A stretch of 64,000 bases of DNA from a virus. The stretch lies in IMG/VR virus record IMGVR_UViG_3300046028_008994; one strand, written 5' to 3'. The notes beneath the pieces were generated by a model, which ran no database searches, was not told the origin of the DNA, and saw only the letters and a list, made by a program, of their open reading frames with translations. Of the stretch, positions 38,809 to 48,631 are shown one piece after another; the first letter of the stretch is position 1; every line of letters begins with the position of its first letter. The translations under genes were made by a program, and so were the position numbers.

Positions 38809-39855
38809 ATGAATAAGAACGAGTTATTAAAATTACTAAACGACACTCCTGAACCTGAACAATCAGTAGAAACTAATCCTTATGAAAGAGTATTATTAAT
38901 AGATGGTTTAAATCTATTTTTTAGAAATTTTGCAATGATGAATTTTACTAACCAAGCAGGTGTTCATGTTGGTGGTTTGGGTGGTTTTATTCGTTCATTG
39001 AATTCCTTAATTGGTACAATTAAACCAACGTCTGTGTACGTTGTATTTGATGGGGTAGGTTCTTCCGTAAATCGGAAGAACTTATTACCTGAATACAAAT
39101 CAGGACGTAATTTAGTTAGAATTACAAATTGGGATTCATTTGAATCGCTAGAAGAAGAACACGATGCTAAAATAGACCAAATAGTAAGATTAATACATTA
39201 TTTAAAATGTTTACCTGTTAAAACTATAAGTCTAGATAAGGTAGAAGCCGATGATGTTATCGCCTATTTAAGCAATATAATGTCTAATAAGTATAATTCT
39301 CAGGTTTTCATAGTATCTAATGATAAAGATTTTATTCAACTTATAACGGATAAAATTACAGTATATAGACCTACAGAAAAAGATTTTTATACTAAAAATT
39401 TAGTTAAACAGAGCTTTGGAGTCTTAACAGAAAATTTTATATTATATAAAACATTGTTAGGAGATAAATCAGATAAAGTAGAAGGTATAAAAGGATTAGG
39501 TGAAAAAGGACTATTAAAAAAGTTTCCTGAATTAGCAGAACGTCCTTGTACATTACAAGACATCTATGATATTTCATGTGCTAAGTTTAAAGAACATATT
39601 GTTTATGCGAGGGTTGTTGATGAAATTGACAAATTAGAAAATAATTATGTAATTATGGACTTACACAATCCACTAATGGATGATATAGAAAAAGATTATA
39701 TTAACGAGGTTGTGATTGAACCGTTGTCACCACTAAAAGTTAACGATTTTATGCGTCTTTATAATGAAGATGGATTAAGTCATATGATTAAAAACACAGA
39801 ATATGTACTTAACACTACATATCAAACACTAAACGGTTTCGCTAAAAAGATATGA
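38809..39855 (+). CDS. 5'-3' exonuclease / T4 RNase H (FEN family)
   Basis: LLIDGLN, VVFDG, YKSGR, EADD, SNDKD, GDKSD...GIKGLGEK. Confidence 0.92.
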   Translation: MNKNELLKLLNDTPEPEQSVETNPYERVLLIDGLNLFFRNFAMMNFTNQAGVHVGGLGGFIRSLNSLIGTIKPTSVYVVFDGVGSSVNRKNLLPEYKSGRNLVRITNWDSFESLEEEHDAKIDQIVRLIHYLKCLPVKTISLDKVEADDVIAYLSNIMSNKYNSQVFIVSNDKDFIQLITDKITVYRPTEKDFYTKNLVKQSFGVLTENFILYKTLLGDKSDKVEGIKGLGEKGLLKKFPELAERPCTLQDIYDISCAKFKEHIVYARVVDEIDKLENNYVIMDLHNPLMDDIEKDYINEVVIEPLSPLKVNDFMRLYNEDGLSHMIKNTEYVLNTTYQTLNGFAKKI

Positions 39856-39892
39856 CCCTTAATTCATTCCATAATATTTATTATAAAATAAT

Positions 39893-40543
39893 ATGGTAAT
39901 ATATTTAACTAAAAATTTAATTAATGGAAAACAATATATAGGTAAAGATATTAATAATAATCCTAACTATTTAGGGAGTGGTACTTATATAAAAAAAGCT
40001 ATTATAAAATATGGTAAAAATAACTTCGAAAAAATCATATTGGAAAAGTGTAATTCAAAAGAAGAGTTATGGAAAAGAGAAGAATGGTGGTTAAATTTTT
40101 ATCAAGCAGAAACTAACCCATTATTTTACAATAAAACAAATAAAGCATTTGGAAACTCAGGACAAACAGAACATGGAAAATTAAAAATAGCTGAATATCA
40201 AAAAGGTAAAGTTCGTTCTGAAGAAACAAAAAAACGTATGTCTGAAAATAGAAAAGGACATAAAATGTATAATGATGAATGGAAAGAAAAAATTAGTCAA
40301 TCTTTAATTGGTAAAACACGAACTAAAGAATGGAAAGACAAACAAAGTGAAATTTTAAAAGGAAATAAAAACAGAAGAAAAAAAGTTATGCAATACGACA
40401 AACAGAAAAATTTTATTAAAGAGTGGGATTCTGTTTTAGAAGCAGCTATCTTTTTAAATAAAAAAACAGGAGCAGCTATTACAGAAGTATGTAGCGGAAA
40501 AAGAAAATCTATATATGGTTATATTTGGGAATATAAAAAATAG
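39893..40543 (+). CDS. GIY-YIG homing endonuclease (Seg-like) with NUMOD3 and NUMOD1 motifs
   Basis: IYLTKNLINGKQYIG...YLGSG, SEETKKRMS, GYIW. Confidence 0.9.
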   Translation: MVIYLTKNLINGKQYIGKDINNNPNYLGSGTYIKKAIIKYGKNNFEKIILEKCNSKEELWKREEWWLNFYQAETNPLFYNKTNKAFGNSGQTEHGKLKIAEYQKGKVRSEETKKRMSENRKGHKMYNDEWKEKISQSLIGKTRTKEWKDKQSEILKGNKNRRKKVMQYDKQKNFIKEWDSVLEAAIFLNKKTGAAITEVCSGKRKSIYGYIWEYKK

Positions 40544-40553
40544 ATTGTATATT
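40524..40553 (+). promoter_or_regulatory. Class E promoter embedded in the last codons of the endonuclease
   Basis: TTTGG (Ile-Trp codons)-N19-TATATT. Confidence 0.7.
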
Positions 40554-40582
40554 AAAGTATTAACAATTAAATTATAAAAGTT

Positions 40583-41965
40583 TTGACATTAGGATCACTA
40601 GACAAATATGGGATGGGTTTTCAAACCAAAGTACTATCATCCTTACTTACACATAAAGCATTTTTACTAAATATACAAGATGTATTAAGTGATGAATATT
40701 TTACAAATCAAGCACATAAATGGATTATTAAAGAAATATTAAAATATTTCAATAAATATCACACATGTCCTACTATGGATGTTTTAAAAGTAGAGCTTAA
40801 GAAAATCGATAATGAAGTTTTACAACTATCAATTAAAGAACAATTAAGAGAAGCTTACAAAGCATCAGATGATGATTTAAAATATGTTGAAGAAGAATTT
40901 TCAAATTTCTGTAAAAATCAACAATTAAAAAAAGCATTATTAACAAGTGTAGATTTTCTAAATGCAGGTGACTATGATTCAATTAGATCATTAATTGACA
41001 ACGCTTTAAAATCAGGTCAAGACAAAAATGTAGGCCATGAATACAATAAAGATGTTGAATCACGTTATAGAGAAGATCATAGAACAATAGTACCTACACC
41101 ATGGCCCGAAATTAATGATTTATTACAGGGTGGATTAGGTAATGGTGATTTTGGATTATTATTTGGTAATCCAGGTGGTGGTAAATCATGGTCATTAATA
41201 GCTCTTGGTGGTTATGCTGCTAGTTTAGGATATAACGTGTTACATTATACACTAGAATTAGGTTCTGATTATGTAGGTCGTAGATATGATGCATTCTTTA
41301 CAAAAATTTCAGTACAAGATATTACTAAACATAAAATTAAAGTAGAAGAAGCAATATCAAATTTAACAGGTCAAATAATAATAGCAGAATATTCACCAGG
41401 TAAAGCATCAGTCTCTACAATAGAAGCGCATATTAAAAAATGCATGGATCAAGATTTCAAACCAGATCTTATTATTATAGATTATGTTGATCTATTGAGA
41501 TCTAAAAAGAATAATCGTGAACGAAAAGATGAAATTGATGATATTTATGTAAGCACTAAAGGACTTGCTAGAGAATTAAACTTACCAATTTGGAGTGTAT
41601 CTCAAGTAAATAGAGCGGGAGCAAAAGATAATATTATTGAAGGAGATAAAGCAGCAGGATCATATGATAAAATGATGATTGTTGACGTAGCTATATCTTT
41701 ATCAAGAAAAAAAGAAGACAAAGTAAATGGAACAGGAAGATTTCACATTATGAAAAATAGATATGGAATAGACGGATTATCGTACTATTTAAAAGCTAAT
41801 ACATCTACTGGCCACTTTGAAATTTTATCTCAAATGGATGAAGATGATGAAAATAATCAAAATACTCCACCCCCTCAACAAAATAAACAATTCGGGAATA
41901 GTATTAGCCCTGTAGACAAGTCAATTATTCAACAAAGGTTTTTCGAATTATCAAACACAAATTAA
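40583..41965 (+). CDS. DnaB-like replicative helicase (T4 gp41-like); TTG start
   Basis: GNPGGGKS, YTLEL, IIIDYVDLL, SQVNR, KNRYG. Confidence 0.92.
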   Translation: MTLGSLDKYGMGFQTKVLSSLLTHKAFLLNIQDVLSDEYFTNQAHKWIIKEILKYFNKYHTCPTMDVLKVELKKIDNEVLQLSIKEQLREAYKASDDDLKYVEEEFSNFCKNQQLKKALLTSVDFLNAGDYDSIRSLIDNALKSGQDKNVGHEYNKDVESRYREDHRTIVPTPWPEINDLLQGGLGNGDFGLLFGNPGGGKSWSLIALGGYAASLGYNVLHYTLELGSDYVGRRYDAFFTKISVQDITKHKIKVEEAISNLTGQIIIAEYSPGKASVSTIEAHIKKCMDQDFKPDLIIIDYVDLLRSKKNNRERKDEIDDIYVSTKGLARELNLPIWSVSQVNRAGAKDNIIEGDKAAGSYDKMMIVDVAISLSRKKEDKVNGTGRFHIMKNRYGIDGLSYYLKANTSTGHFEILSQMDEDDENNQNTPPPQQNKQFGNSISPVDKSIIQQRFFELSNTN

Positions 41966-41990
41966 AAAAAAAAATTATTAAAAAAAGAAA

Positions 41991-43847
41991 ATGTTAACAA
42001 CAGAATCCCAAATTCTATCTGAGATCACAACTCACCTCAAGTATGCTAAATTCAATCCTGAATTACAGCGAAGAGAAACATGGCACGAGTTAGTTACTCG
42101 TAACAAAAACATGCATATTAAAAAATATCCTCAATTAACTGAGGAAATTGAAAATGCGTATCAATATGTTTATGACAGAAAAGTATTACCATCAATGCGT
42201 TCAATGCAGTTTGCTGGTAAACCAATTGAAATAAACAATGCAAGAATATTTAATTGTTCTTATTTACCAATAGATGATTACAGAGCATTCTCTGAAATTA
42301 TGTTTCTATTATTATCAGGTTGTGGAGTAGGCTATTCAGTACAAACACACCACGTAGAAAATTTACCTGAAATTAGAAAACCATTAAAATCAAAACGTTA
42401 TTTAGTTGGTGATTCAATAGAGGGGTGGGCTGATGCGGTTCGTATGTTAACTAAAGCATATTTTGGACAAACATCAACCGCTCCTTTATTTGATTTTAGA
42501 GACATCAGAGCAAAAGGTGCATCATTAATCACTGTAGGTGGTAAAGCCCCAGGTCCTGAACCATTAAAAATTGCTTTAATTCATATGCAAGCGATTTTAG
42601 ATCGTAAAAAAGATGGTGAAAAATTAACATCTGTAGAATGTCATGATATCATTTGTCACTTAGCTGATGCTGTATTAAGTGGTGGAATTAGAAGAGCAGC
42701 TTTAATTGCTTTATTTGATTTAGATGATGAAGAAATGTTAACTTGTAAATTCGGACCATGGTGGGAAACAAATCCACAAAGAGGTAGAGCTAATAATTCT
42801 GCTGTATTATTAAGAAATAAAATCGATAAAGAAACATTCTTAAGCTTATGGGGTAAAATTGAAGCGTCTAACAGTGGTGAACCTGGTTTCTTATTTACAA
42901 ACGATAAAGATTCTGGAACTAACCCATGTGCTGAAATTAGTTTAAAACCAAATCAATTCTGTAATTTATGTGAAATTAATGCTTCAGACATTGAAACACA
43001 AGAAGAATATAATGAAAGAGCTAAAGCAGCAGCATTTATCGGTACATTACAAGCAAGCTATACTGATTTTCATTACTTAAGAGATGTTTGGAGAAAAACA
43101 ACTGAAAAAGAAGCATTATTAGGTATTGGAATGACAGGTATTGCTTCAGGAGCTGTATTAAAATTAGATATGAAACAAGCAGCTAAAATTGCTGTTGAAG
43201 AAAATGCAAGAGTAGCAGAAATATTAGATATTAATAAAGCAGCTCGTGTAACTACAGTTAAACCATCAGGTACTACATCATTAGTATTAGGTACTTCAAG
43301 TGGTATCCATGCTTGGCATGATGATTTCTATATGAGAAGAATTCGTTTAGGTAAAAATGAAGCATTGTATTCTTATTTAAGTATGTATCATCCTGAAATG
43401 TTAGAAGATGATTTCTTTAAACCAACCTTACAATCAATTGTTTCTGTACCACAACGTGCTCCACAAGGCGCTATAACACGTAAAGAATCAGCTATGGATT
43501 TATTAGAGCGTATTAAAACAATCAATAAAAATTGGATTAAACCAGGTCATAGAAAAGGCTCTAACATGCATAACGTATCTGCTACAGTTACTATTAAACA
43601 AGATGAATGGGATTCAGTAGGTGAATGGTTATATGAAAATAAAGAATACTTTACAGCATTATCGTTCTTACCTGAAGACCTTGGTACTTATGTACAAGCT
43701 CCTTTTGAAACAATTACAGAAGAACAATTTAATGAAGCTGTAAAATCATTACATCAAGTTGATTTATCAAAAGTAATTGAGATAGATGATAATACAGCAT
43801 TGATGGACCAAGCGGCATGTGCTGGTGGTGCCTGTGAAATAATTTAA
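41991..43847 (+). CDS. nrdJ: Class II (adenosylcobalamin-dependent) ribonucleotide reductase
   Basis: FNCS, TNPCAEI, CNL, TVKPSGT, C-terminal CAGGAC; no beta-subunit gene nearby. Confidence 0.88.
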   Translation: MLTTESQILSEITTHLKYAKFNPELQRRETWHELVTRNKNMHIKKYPQLTEEIENAYQYVYDRKVLPSMRSMQFAGKPIEINNARIFNCSYLPIDDYRAFSEIMFLLLSGCGVGYSVQTHHVENLPEIRKPLKSKRYLVGDSIEGWADAVRMLTKAYFGQTSTAPLFDFRDIRAKGASLITVGGKAPGPEPLKIALIHMQAILDRKKDGEKLTSVECHDIICHLADAVLSGGIRRAALIALFDLDDEEMLTCKFGPWWETNPQRGRANNSAVLLRNKIDKETFLSLWGKIEASNSGEPGFLFTNDKDSGTNPCAEISLKPNQFCNLCEINASDIETQEEYNERAKAAAFIGTLQASYTDFHYLRDVWRKTTEKEALLGIGMTGIASGAVLKLDMKQAAKIAVEENARVAEILDINKAARVTTVKPSGTTSLVLGTSSGIHAWHDDFYMRRIRLGKNEALYSYLSMYHPEMLEDDFFKPTLQSIVSVPQRAPQGAITRKESAMDLLERIKTINKNWIKPGHRKGSNMHNVSATVTIKQDEWDSVGEWLYENKEYFTALSFLPEDLGTYVQAPFETITEEQFNEAVKSLHQVDLSKVIEIDDNTALMDQAACAGGACEII

Positions 43848-43858
43848 TATTTTAAAAT

Positions 43859-44836
43859 ATGTTGCGAAAAATAAAAGAAAGAATATTCCCGTTTATAATA
43901 GCATTATCTGCTTTATCAGTTAGTGCTTCAGCAGCTTATTACAGTGTCACTGGTCTCAGCATGTTATTTGCTGGGGCTAGTGTAGCTGTTTTAATAATGG
44001 CTTCATCTTTAGAAATTTCTAAATTAGTAATTGTTTCTTTGTTATATCAATATTGGGATAAACTTAATAGTTTATTAAGAAGTTATTTAACCTTAGCTGC
44101 TACTATATTAATATTAATTACCTCTGCAGGTATATATGGGTTTTTATCTGGAGCTTATCAAACAACAGCAAATCAATCATCAATAGTTGATCAAAAGATT
44201 CAAACTCTAGAAACTAAAAAGGGTTTGTATGAGGATACTAGAAATAATATTCTAAAAGAAAAACAATCAATTGCAGAATTAAAAGGTACTTTATCTTCTT
44301 CAACTACAACTCAATCAACTGATAGAAAAGGTAATTTAGTAATAAAATCAAATAAAGCAAATATTGAGCAATTACAAACAGCTAATCAATCAGATGAAAG
44401 ATTAACTACTAAATTAGATATCACTAATGATTCTATATTTGCCTTAGAAAATAAAATATTAGAGGTAAAAACTACATCTAAAGCAGCTAATGAATTAGGT
44501 CCTTTAAAATATTTAAGTAATCTTACAGGACAATCTATGGATAAGATTATTAATTGGTTTTTATTAGTTATTATATTTGTATTTGATCCTTTAGCCATCA
44601 GTTTAGTAATTGCTGCTAATTTTGCATTTGCGAGATTAAAACCAAAACCTCCACCAGAAGTTATTCCTGAGCCTTCTCAACCAATCTATCAACCTCCAAC
44701 ACAACCTGATAATACAAATGTTTTTTTAGATAAAATAAGTAATATAACAGAAAGTAATATGGATTTTATAAATAAGCAGGAACATTTAAAAAATGAAATA
44801 GAACGATTTAAAGAAGAAACAAAAACATATTTTTAA
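43859..44836 (+). CDS. Membrane protein: three N-terminal and one C-terminal TM segments around a coiled coil
   Basis: Hydrophobic stretches; ELGPLKYL, IIFVFDPLA. Confidence 0.7.
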   Translation: MLRKIKERIFPFIIALSALSVSASAAYYSVTGLSMLFAGASVAVLIMASSLEISKLVIVSLLYQYWDKLNSLLRSYLTLAATILILITSAGIYGFLSGAYQTTANQSSIVDQKIQTLETKKGLYEDTRNNILKEKQSIAELKGTLSSSTTTQSTDRKGNLVIKSNKANIEQLQTANQSDERLTTKLDITNDSIFALENKILEVKTTSKAANELGPLKYLSNLTGQSMDKIINWFLLVIIFVFDPLAISLVIAANFAFARLKPKPPPEVIPEPSQPIYQPPTQPDNTNVFLDKISNITESNMDFINKQEHLKNEIERFKEETKTYF

Positions 44837-44880
44837 AATCTATATTAATTTCTTATATAAAATTATTAAATTTTTAAATT

Positions 44881-44913
44881 AAGCTTGGAAAACCAAGCTT
44901 TCTTTTGTATATT
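44881..44913 (+). promoter_or_regulatory. Composite terminator hairpin and class E promoter
   Basis: AAGCTTGG-AAAA-CCAAGCTT; CTTGG-N19-TATATT. Confidence 0.8.
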
Positions 44914-44919
44914 TAAATC

Positions 44920-45711
44920 ATGAAAATTAGTCACGAAGTTCCTTTATGTTTATTAGAGGATAGTTTATGGTTCAATGATTATCAATATTGTTTACCACAT
45001 TTATTAGATCAAAGCGAAGAATATAAAAATTTCTTTATTAGAGCTAAGCAAAATAATGTGTATATAATAATGGATAATTCACTTCACGAATTAGGTCATG
45101 CTTATGATAGTGAACGCTTATTATACTGGATTAACGAGTTAAAACCCAATGAATTTATTATTCCTGATGTATGGCAAGATATGAAAGGTTCAATCAACAA
45201 TGCTAGAGAATGGTCTAAAATTGACTTACCTGAGGAAGTTACTAAAGTAGCTGTAGTTCAAGCAATGAATTTAAGTGAAGCAATGACTTGCTATCAATAT
45301 TATAGAGATTTAGGTTATACAAAAATAGCATTTTCTTATGGTGCTTCTTATTATAGTGAATTAAATAATCATCCTAATCCAGATTTAGCTAAAGCTTTAG
45401 GTCGTATTTATATGATTAATCATTTATATAAAATTAAATTAATTAAAGACGATCACAGAGTACATTTATTAGGATGTCAGGTACCACAAGAATTTAGCTG
45501 GTATAATAATATGTCTTTTATTGAAACAATAGATACTTCTAATCCTATTATGGCAACATTAGATAATATAGAATATCATTCAACAGGTTTACAAACTAAA
45601 CCAAAAGCAAACATGAATAATAATTTTTATATTAACCCAGATGAAATTGACTATGAATTATTAAACCACAACATTTCCACATTTAAAGATTTAACAAATA
45701 CAATATATTAA
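44920..45711 (+). CDS. TGT-fold deazaguanine-handling enzyme (divergent DpdA-like)
   Basis: IMDNS, IIPD, AVVQ, HLLG and IDTS in TGT-barrel order; heads the que cluster. Confidence 0.7.
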   Translation: MKISHEVPLCLLEDSLWFNDYQYCLPHLLDQSEEYKNFFIRAKQNNVYIIMDNSLHELGHAYDSERLLYWINELKPNEFIIPDVWQDMKGSINNAREWSKIDLPEEVTKVAVVQAMNLSEAMTCYQYYRDLGYTKIAFSYGASYYSELNNHPNPDLAKALGRIYMINHLYKIKLIKDDHRVHLLGCQVPQEFSWYNNMSFIETIDTSNPIMATLDNIEYHSTGLQTKPKANMNNNFYINPDEIDYELLNHNISTFKDLTNTIY

Positions 45712-45712
45712 T

Positions 45713-45943
45713 ATGCAAGAACAATATCAATCACTTTTCGATTATCTAGGAAAACCAGCAGGTACAGATTTAGGTAAACAAGTTTTTACTGAATCTAAAA
45801 AACAAGGTATAAAAACAATAATAAGAGAAGTTAAAACAAAAAATTATGAAGGAAAAGTAATGGTTTATCCTACATCTTTTTTAGAAAATTACTTTAATCC
45901 TCAACCAACTCAACCAAATATTTTTGATGATCTTCTATTTTAA
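45713..45943 (+). CDS. Hypothetical protein
   Basis: ORF coupled to the upstream gene. Confidence 0.6.
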   Translation: MQEQYQSLFDYLGKPAGTDLGKQVFTESKKQGIKTIIREVKTKNYEGKVMVYPTSFLENYFNPQPTQPNIFDDLLF

Positions 45944-45973
45944 TTTGGAAAACAATAAAAATTTTAATATATT
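45944..45973 (+). promoter_or_regulatory. Class E promoter
   Basis: TTTGG-N19-TATATT. Confidence 0.75.
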
Positions 45974-45979
45974 ATAAAT

Positions 45980-46882
45980 ATGAATAAAAAATATGCTGTA
46001 CTCTCCTTAAGTGGAGGAATGGATTCAAGCACATTATTAATTAAACTCCTATCAGAAAACTATCAAGTAGTTGCACTCTCTTTTGATTATGGACAAAAAC
46101 ATAAAGTAGAATTAGAAAGAGCTACTGAATTGGTAAAATATATTAATAGTAGGAGCATTGGTACTAAAGGAGGATATGGAGGGTATGAATTAGTCAAACA
46201 TCAAATAATTACATTAGATGGTTTAGCACAATTACTTAATTCTTCATTAGTTGAAGGTGGTGCTGAAGTACCTGAAGGACATTACGCTGAAGAAAATATG
46301 AAGGATACTGTAGTACCTAATCGTAATAAAATATTTTCAAGTATTATTCAAGCAGTAGCTTTATCTATTTCTAATAAAAAAGAGGCGGAATGTGTTATTG
46401 CTTTAGGAGTACATAGTGGTGATCATTCTATTTATCCTGATTGCACAGAAGCATTTAGAAATGCGGATGAATATGCTTTTAAAATAGGAAATTGGGACTC
46501 AGAATTAGTAAATTATTACACACCATATATGGAAGGTAATAAATTTACAATCTTAGAAGATGGAGTTAAATGTTGTGATGAATTAGGTTTAGATTTTGAT
46601 GAAGTATATAAACGTACTAATACAAGTTATAAACCAATTAAATTAATAAAATCAGAAAAAAGATTTAAAGGAACAGAAGACGAAATAAATGTATTCTTTG
46701 AAGTATGGTACAGTGACTACAAATCAGCATCTTCAGTTGAACGTGTAGAAGCATTTATGAAATTAGGTCGTCCTGATCCTTGTGAATATGCTGACGAAAA
46801 TGGTCCTGTAGCTTGGGAACACGTAGTCTCTTACGTATGTTCAGTGCTAGAAAATCATGAGAAAGAAACGTCAAATAACTGA
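45980..46882 (+). CDS. queC: 7-cyano-7-deazaguanine synthase
   Basis: SGGMDS, FDYGQKH..E, VPNRN, YPDC. Confidence 0.92.
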   Translation: MNKKYAVLSLSGGMDSSTLLIKLLSENYQVVALSFDYGQKHKVELERATELVKYINSRSIGTKGGYGGYELVKHQIITLDGLAQLLNSSLVEGGAEVPEGHYAEENMKDTVVPNRNKIFSSIIQAVALSISNKKEAECVIALGVHSGDHSIYPDCTEAFRNADEYAFKIGNWDSELVNYYTPYMEGNKFTILEDGVKCCDELGLDFDEVYKRTNTSYKPIKLIKSEKRFKGTEDEINVFFEVWYSDYKSASSVERVEAFMKLGRPDPCEYADENGPVAWEHVVSYVCSVLENHEKETSNN

Positions 46883-47060
46883 TAGACCAATGTATGCTAT
46901 TATAAATAAAAACGGTGAAGTATTTGCTGGATTATTAAGTGGTTATCCACAATGGTCTTCTGATTGGGATAATGTTAAACTATTATTTCGAGAAAATACT
47001 GCTTTTATTTATAATACCAACCCAACAGAATACGAATTAATAAATGAAAGTGAATTATAA
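46857..47060 (+). CDS. Hypothetical protein
   Basis: Short ORF overlapping both neighbours. Confidence 0.45.
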   Translation: MRKKRQITDRPMYAIINKNGEVFAGLLSGYPQWSSDWDNVKLLFRENTAFIYNTNPTEYELINESEL

Positions 47061-47283
47061 ACAGCCCAAATTCGATCCACAAACTGGAGAAATTAACCCT
47101 TATATGATAGATTTAGAATTAAAAACAAACAAACAACCAGATCCAAGAAAACACCAGCTAGTAAGCTTTATCAAATCAGGCATCAGAATCTCAGGCTACA
47201 TTTGTTTGCCTTTTGATTTAACAATTGCTTGCCTTATCTTGGTTTTCTCAGAATTAGTTGGTATATTAGAAGAATTAGTATAA
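47044..47283 (+). CDS. Small membrane protein
   Basis: C-terminal hydrophobic hairpin ending ELVGILEELV. Confidence 0.6.
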   Translation: MKVNYKQPKFDPQTGEINPYMIDLELKTNKQPDPRKHQLVSFIKSGIRISGYICLPFDLTIACLILVFSELVGILEELV

Positions 47284-47320
47284 CATAGTGTGCTCCTTGA
47301 TTTTTAACATATTTATAATC

Positions 47321-47902
47321 ATGGAGCACACCAAAATATATTATTTACATTATGGAGATAATATTCCTTTTTATGTAGGGAAAACTAGAAATGAATATCA
47401 TAGATTATTTAACCATAAAAAAACGTTTGGTAAAAACACTGTGATGGAAATAATAGATGAAGTTTTAAATTGGAGAAAATGGGAAGTGTATTATATTGAA
47501 GAATTTAAAAAACAAGGATATATTCTTCAAAATAAAAATAAAGGTGGAGGTGGCTCTGAAAAATGGGAAGATAAATCAATCCAAAAACTAAAATCTCACC
47601 CTACAAGAGGTAAAAATATAAGTGAATCTCATAAAGGAAAACAAAAATCACATAAAGGAAAAAAATTTAAAGAAGAACATAAACAAAAAATAAAAGCAAC
47701 AAGAGATTTTCTCAAAAATAGGCCTAATACTTGGATTAATACTCCTGTATTACAATATGATTTAGAAGGAAATTTTATTAAAGAGTGGTCATCTCAATTA
47801 GAGGCTACTAAATATTTAAATAAAACAGGAGATGGAATAGGAGCTTGTTGTAGAGGAAGACAAAAAAAAGCTTACAATTACATTTGGAAATTTAAAAAAT
47901 AA
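47321..47902 (+). CDS. GIY-YIG homing endonuclease, paralogue of 1979..2557; start revised
   Basis: IYYL...FYVGKT, NHKKTFG, NKNKGGGG, NUMOD1-like C-terminus; class L motif at 47309. Confidence 0.8.
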   Translation: MEHTKIYYLHYGDNIPFYVGKTRNEYHRLFNHKKTFGKNTVMEIIDEVLNWRKWEVYYIEEFKKQGYILQNKNKGGGGSEKWEDKSIQKLKSHPTRGKNISESHKGKQKSHKGKKFKEEHKQKIKATRDFLKNRPNTWINTPVLQYDLEGNFIKEWSSQLEATKYLNKTGDGIGACCRGRQKKAYNYIWKFKK

Positions 47903-47912
47903 ATTATATATT
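47883..47912 (+). promoter_or_regulatory. Class E promoter embedded in the last codons of the endonuclease
   Basis: TTTGG (Ile-Trp codons)-N19-TATATT. Confidence 0.7.
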
Positions 47913-47918
47913 ACAAAC

Positions 47919-48164
47919 ATGAAAAAAATATTTTTATTTACAGCAGAGTGGTGTCCTGGCTGTAAAACATTAGAACCAACAATGGATAGAGTTAGAGATG
48001 CAGGAGTAACTGTTGAAAAAATTAACATTGATTATGAATCAGATAGAGCTAGAGCAGCTAATGTTATGAGTATTCCAACAGTAGTATTAGCTGAAAACGG
48101 TCAAGAAATCAAACGCTTCGTAGGAGCTAAAACATACGAACAAGTATTAGAATTTATTAAATAA
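47919..48164 (+). CDS. Thioredoxin
   Basis: FTAEWCPGC, SIPT. Confidence 0.92.
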   Translation: MKKIFLFTAEWCPGCKTLEPTMDRVRDAGVTVEKINIDYESDRARAANVMSIPTVVLAENGQEIKRFVGAKTYEQVLEFIK

Positions 48165-48631
48165 TGGGAAAATTTCAATCAACAAAATTATTTGACGGAT
48201 TCAGTTGTGTATTTCGTCAATGGAAAGCAGAAGGTACTCATTGCCAATTTTTACATGGTTATGGAGTATCATTTAGAGTATGGTTCGAAGGTGAATTAGA
48301 CGAACGTAATTGGGTATGGGATTTTGGAGGTATGAAACGTGCTAAAGGTACTATTGATGGTAAAAATCCTAAAGCATGGATGGATCATATGTTTGACCAT
48401 ACTGTTATAGCATCAATAGATGATCCTTACTTGGATAAATTTAAACAAATGGAAGTAGATGGTATAATCCAATTAAGAATAATTCCAGCAACAGGAGCAG
48501 AACAATTTGCAAAGTACATTTATGAAAAACTAAACACTTTTATTCAAGAAGAAACAAAAGGTAGAGTGAAAATAACAAAAGTAGAATTTATGGAGCATAG
48601 TAAAAATACAGCAATTTATACAGAAATATGA
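48164..48631 (+). CDS. queD: 6-carboxytetrahydropterin synthase (QueD-like)
   Basis: HCxxLHGY, WVWDFG, FDH, C-terminal EH..N.A.Y. Confidence 0.85.
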   Translation: MGKFQSTKLFDGFSCVFRQWKAEGTHCQFLHGYGVSFRVWFEGELDERNWVWDFGGMKRAKGTIDGKNPKAWMDHMFDHTVIASIDDPYLDKFKQMEVDGIIQLRIIPATGAEQFAKYIYEKLNTFIQEETKGRVKITKVEFMEHSKNTAIYTEI

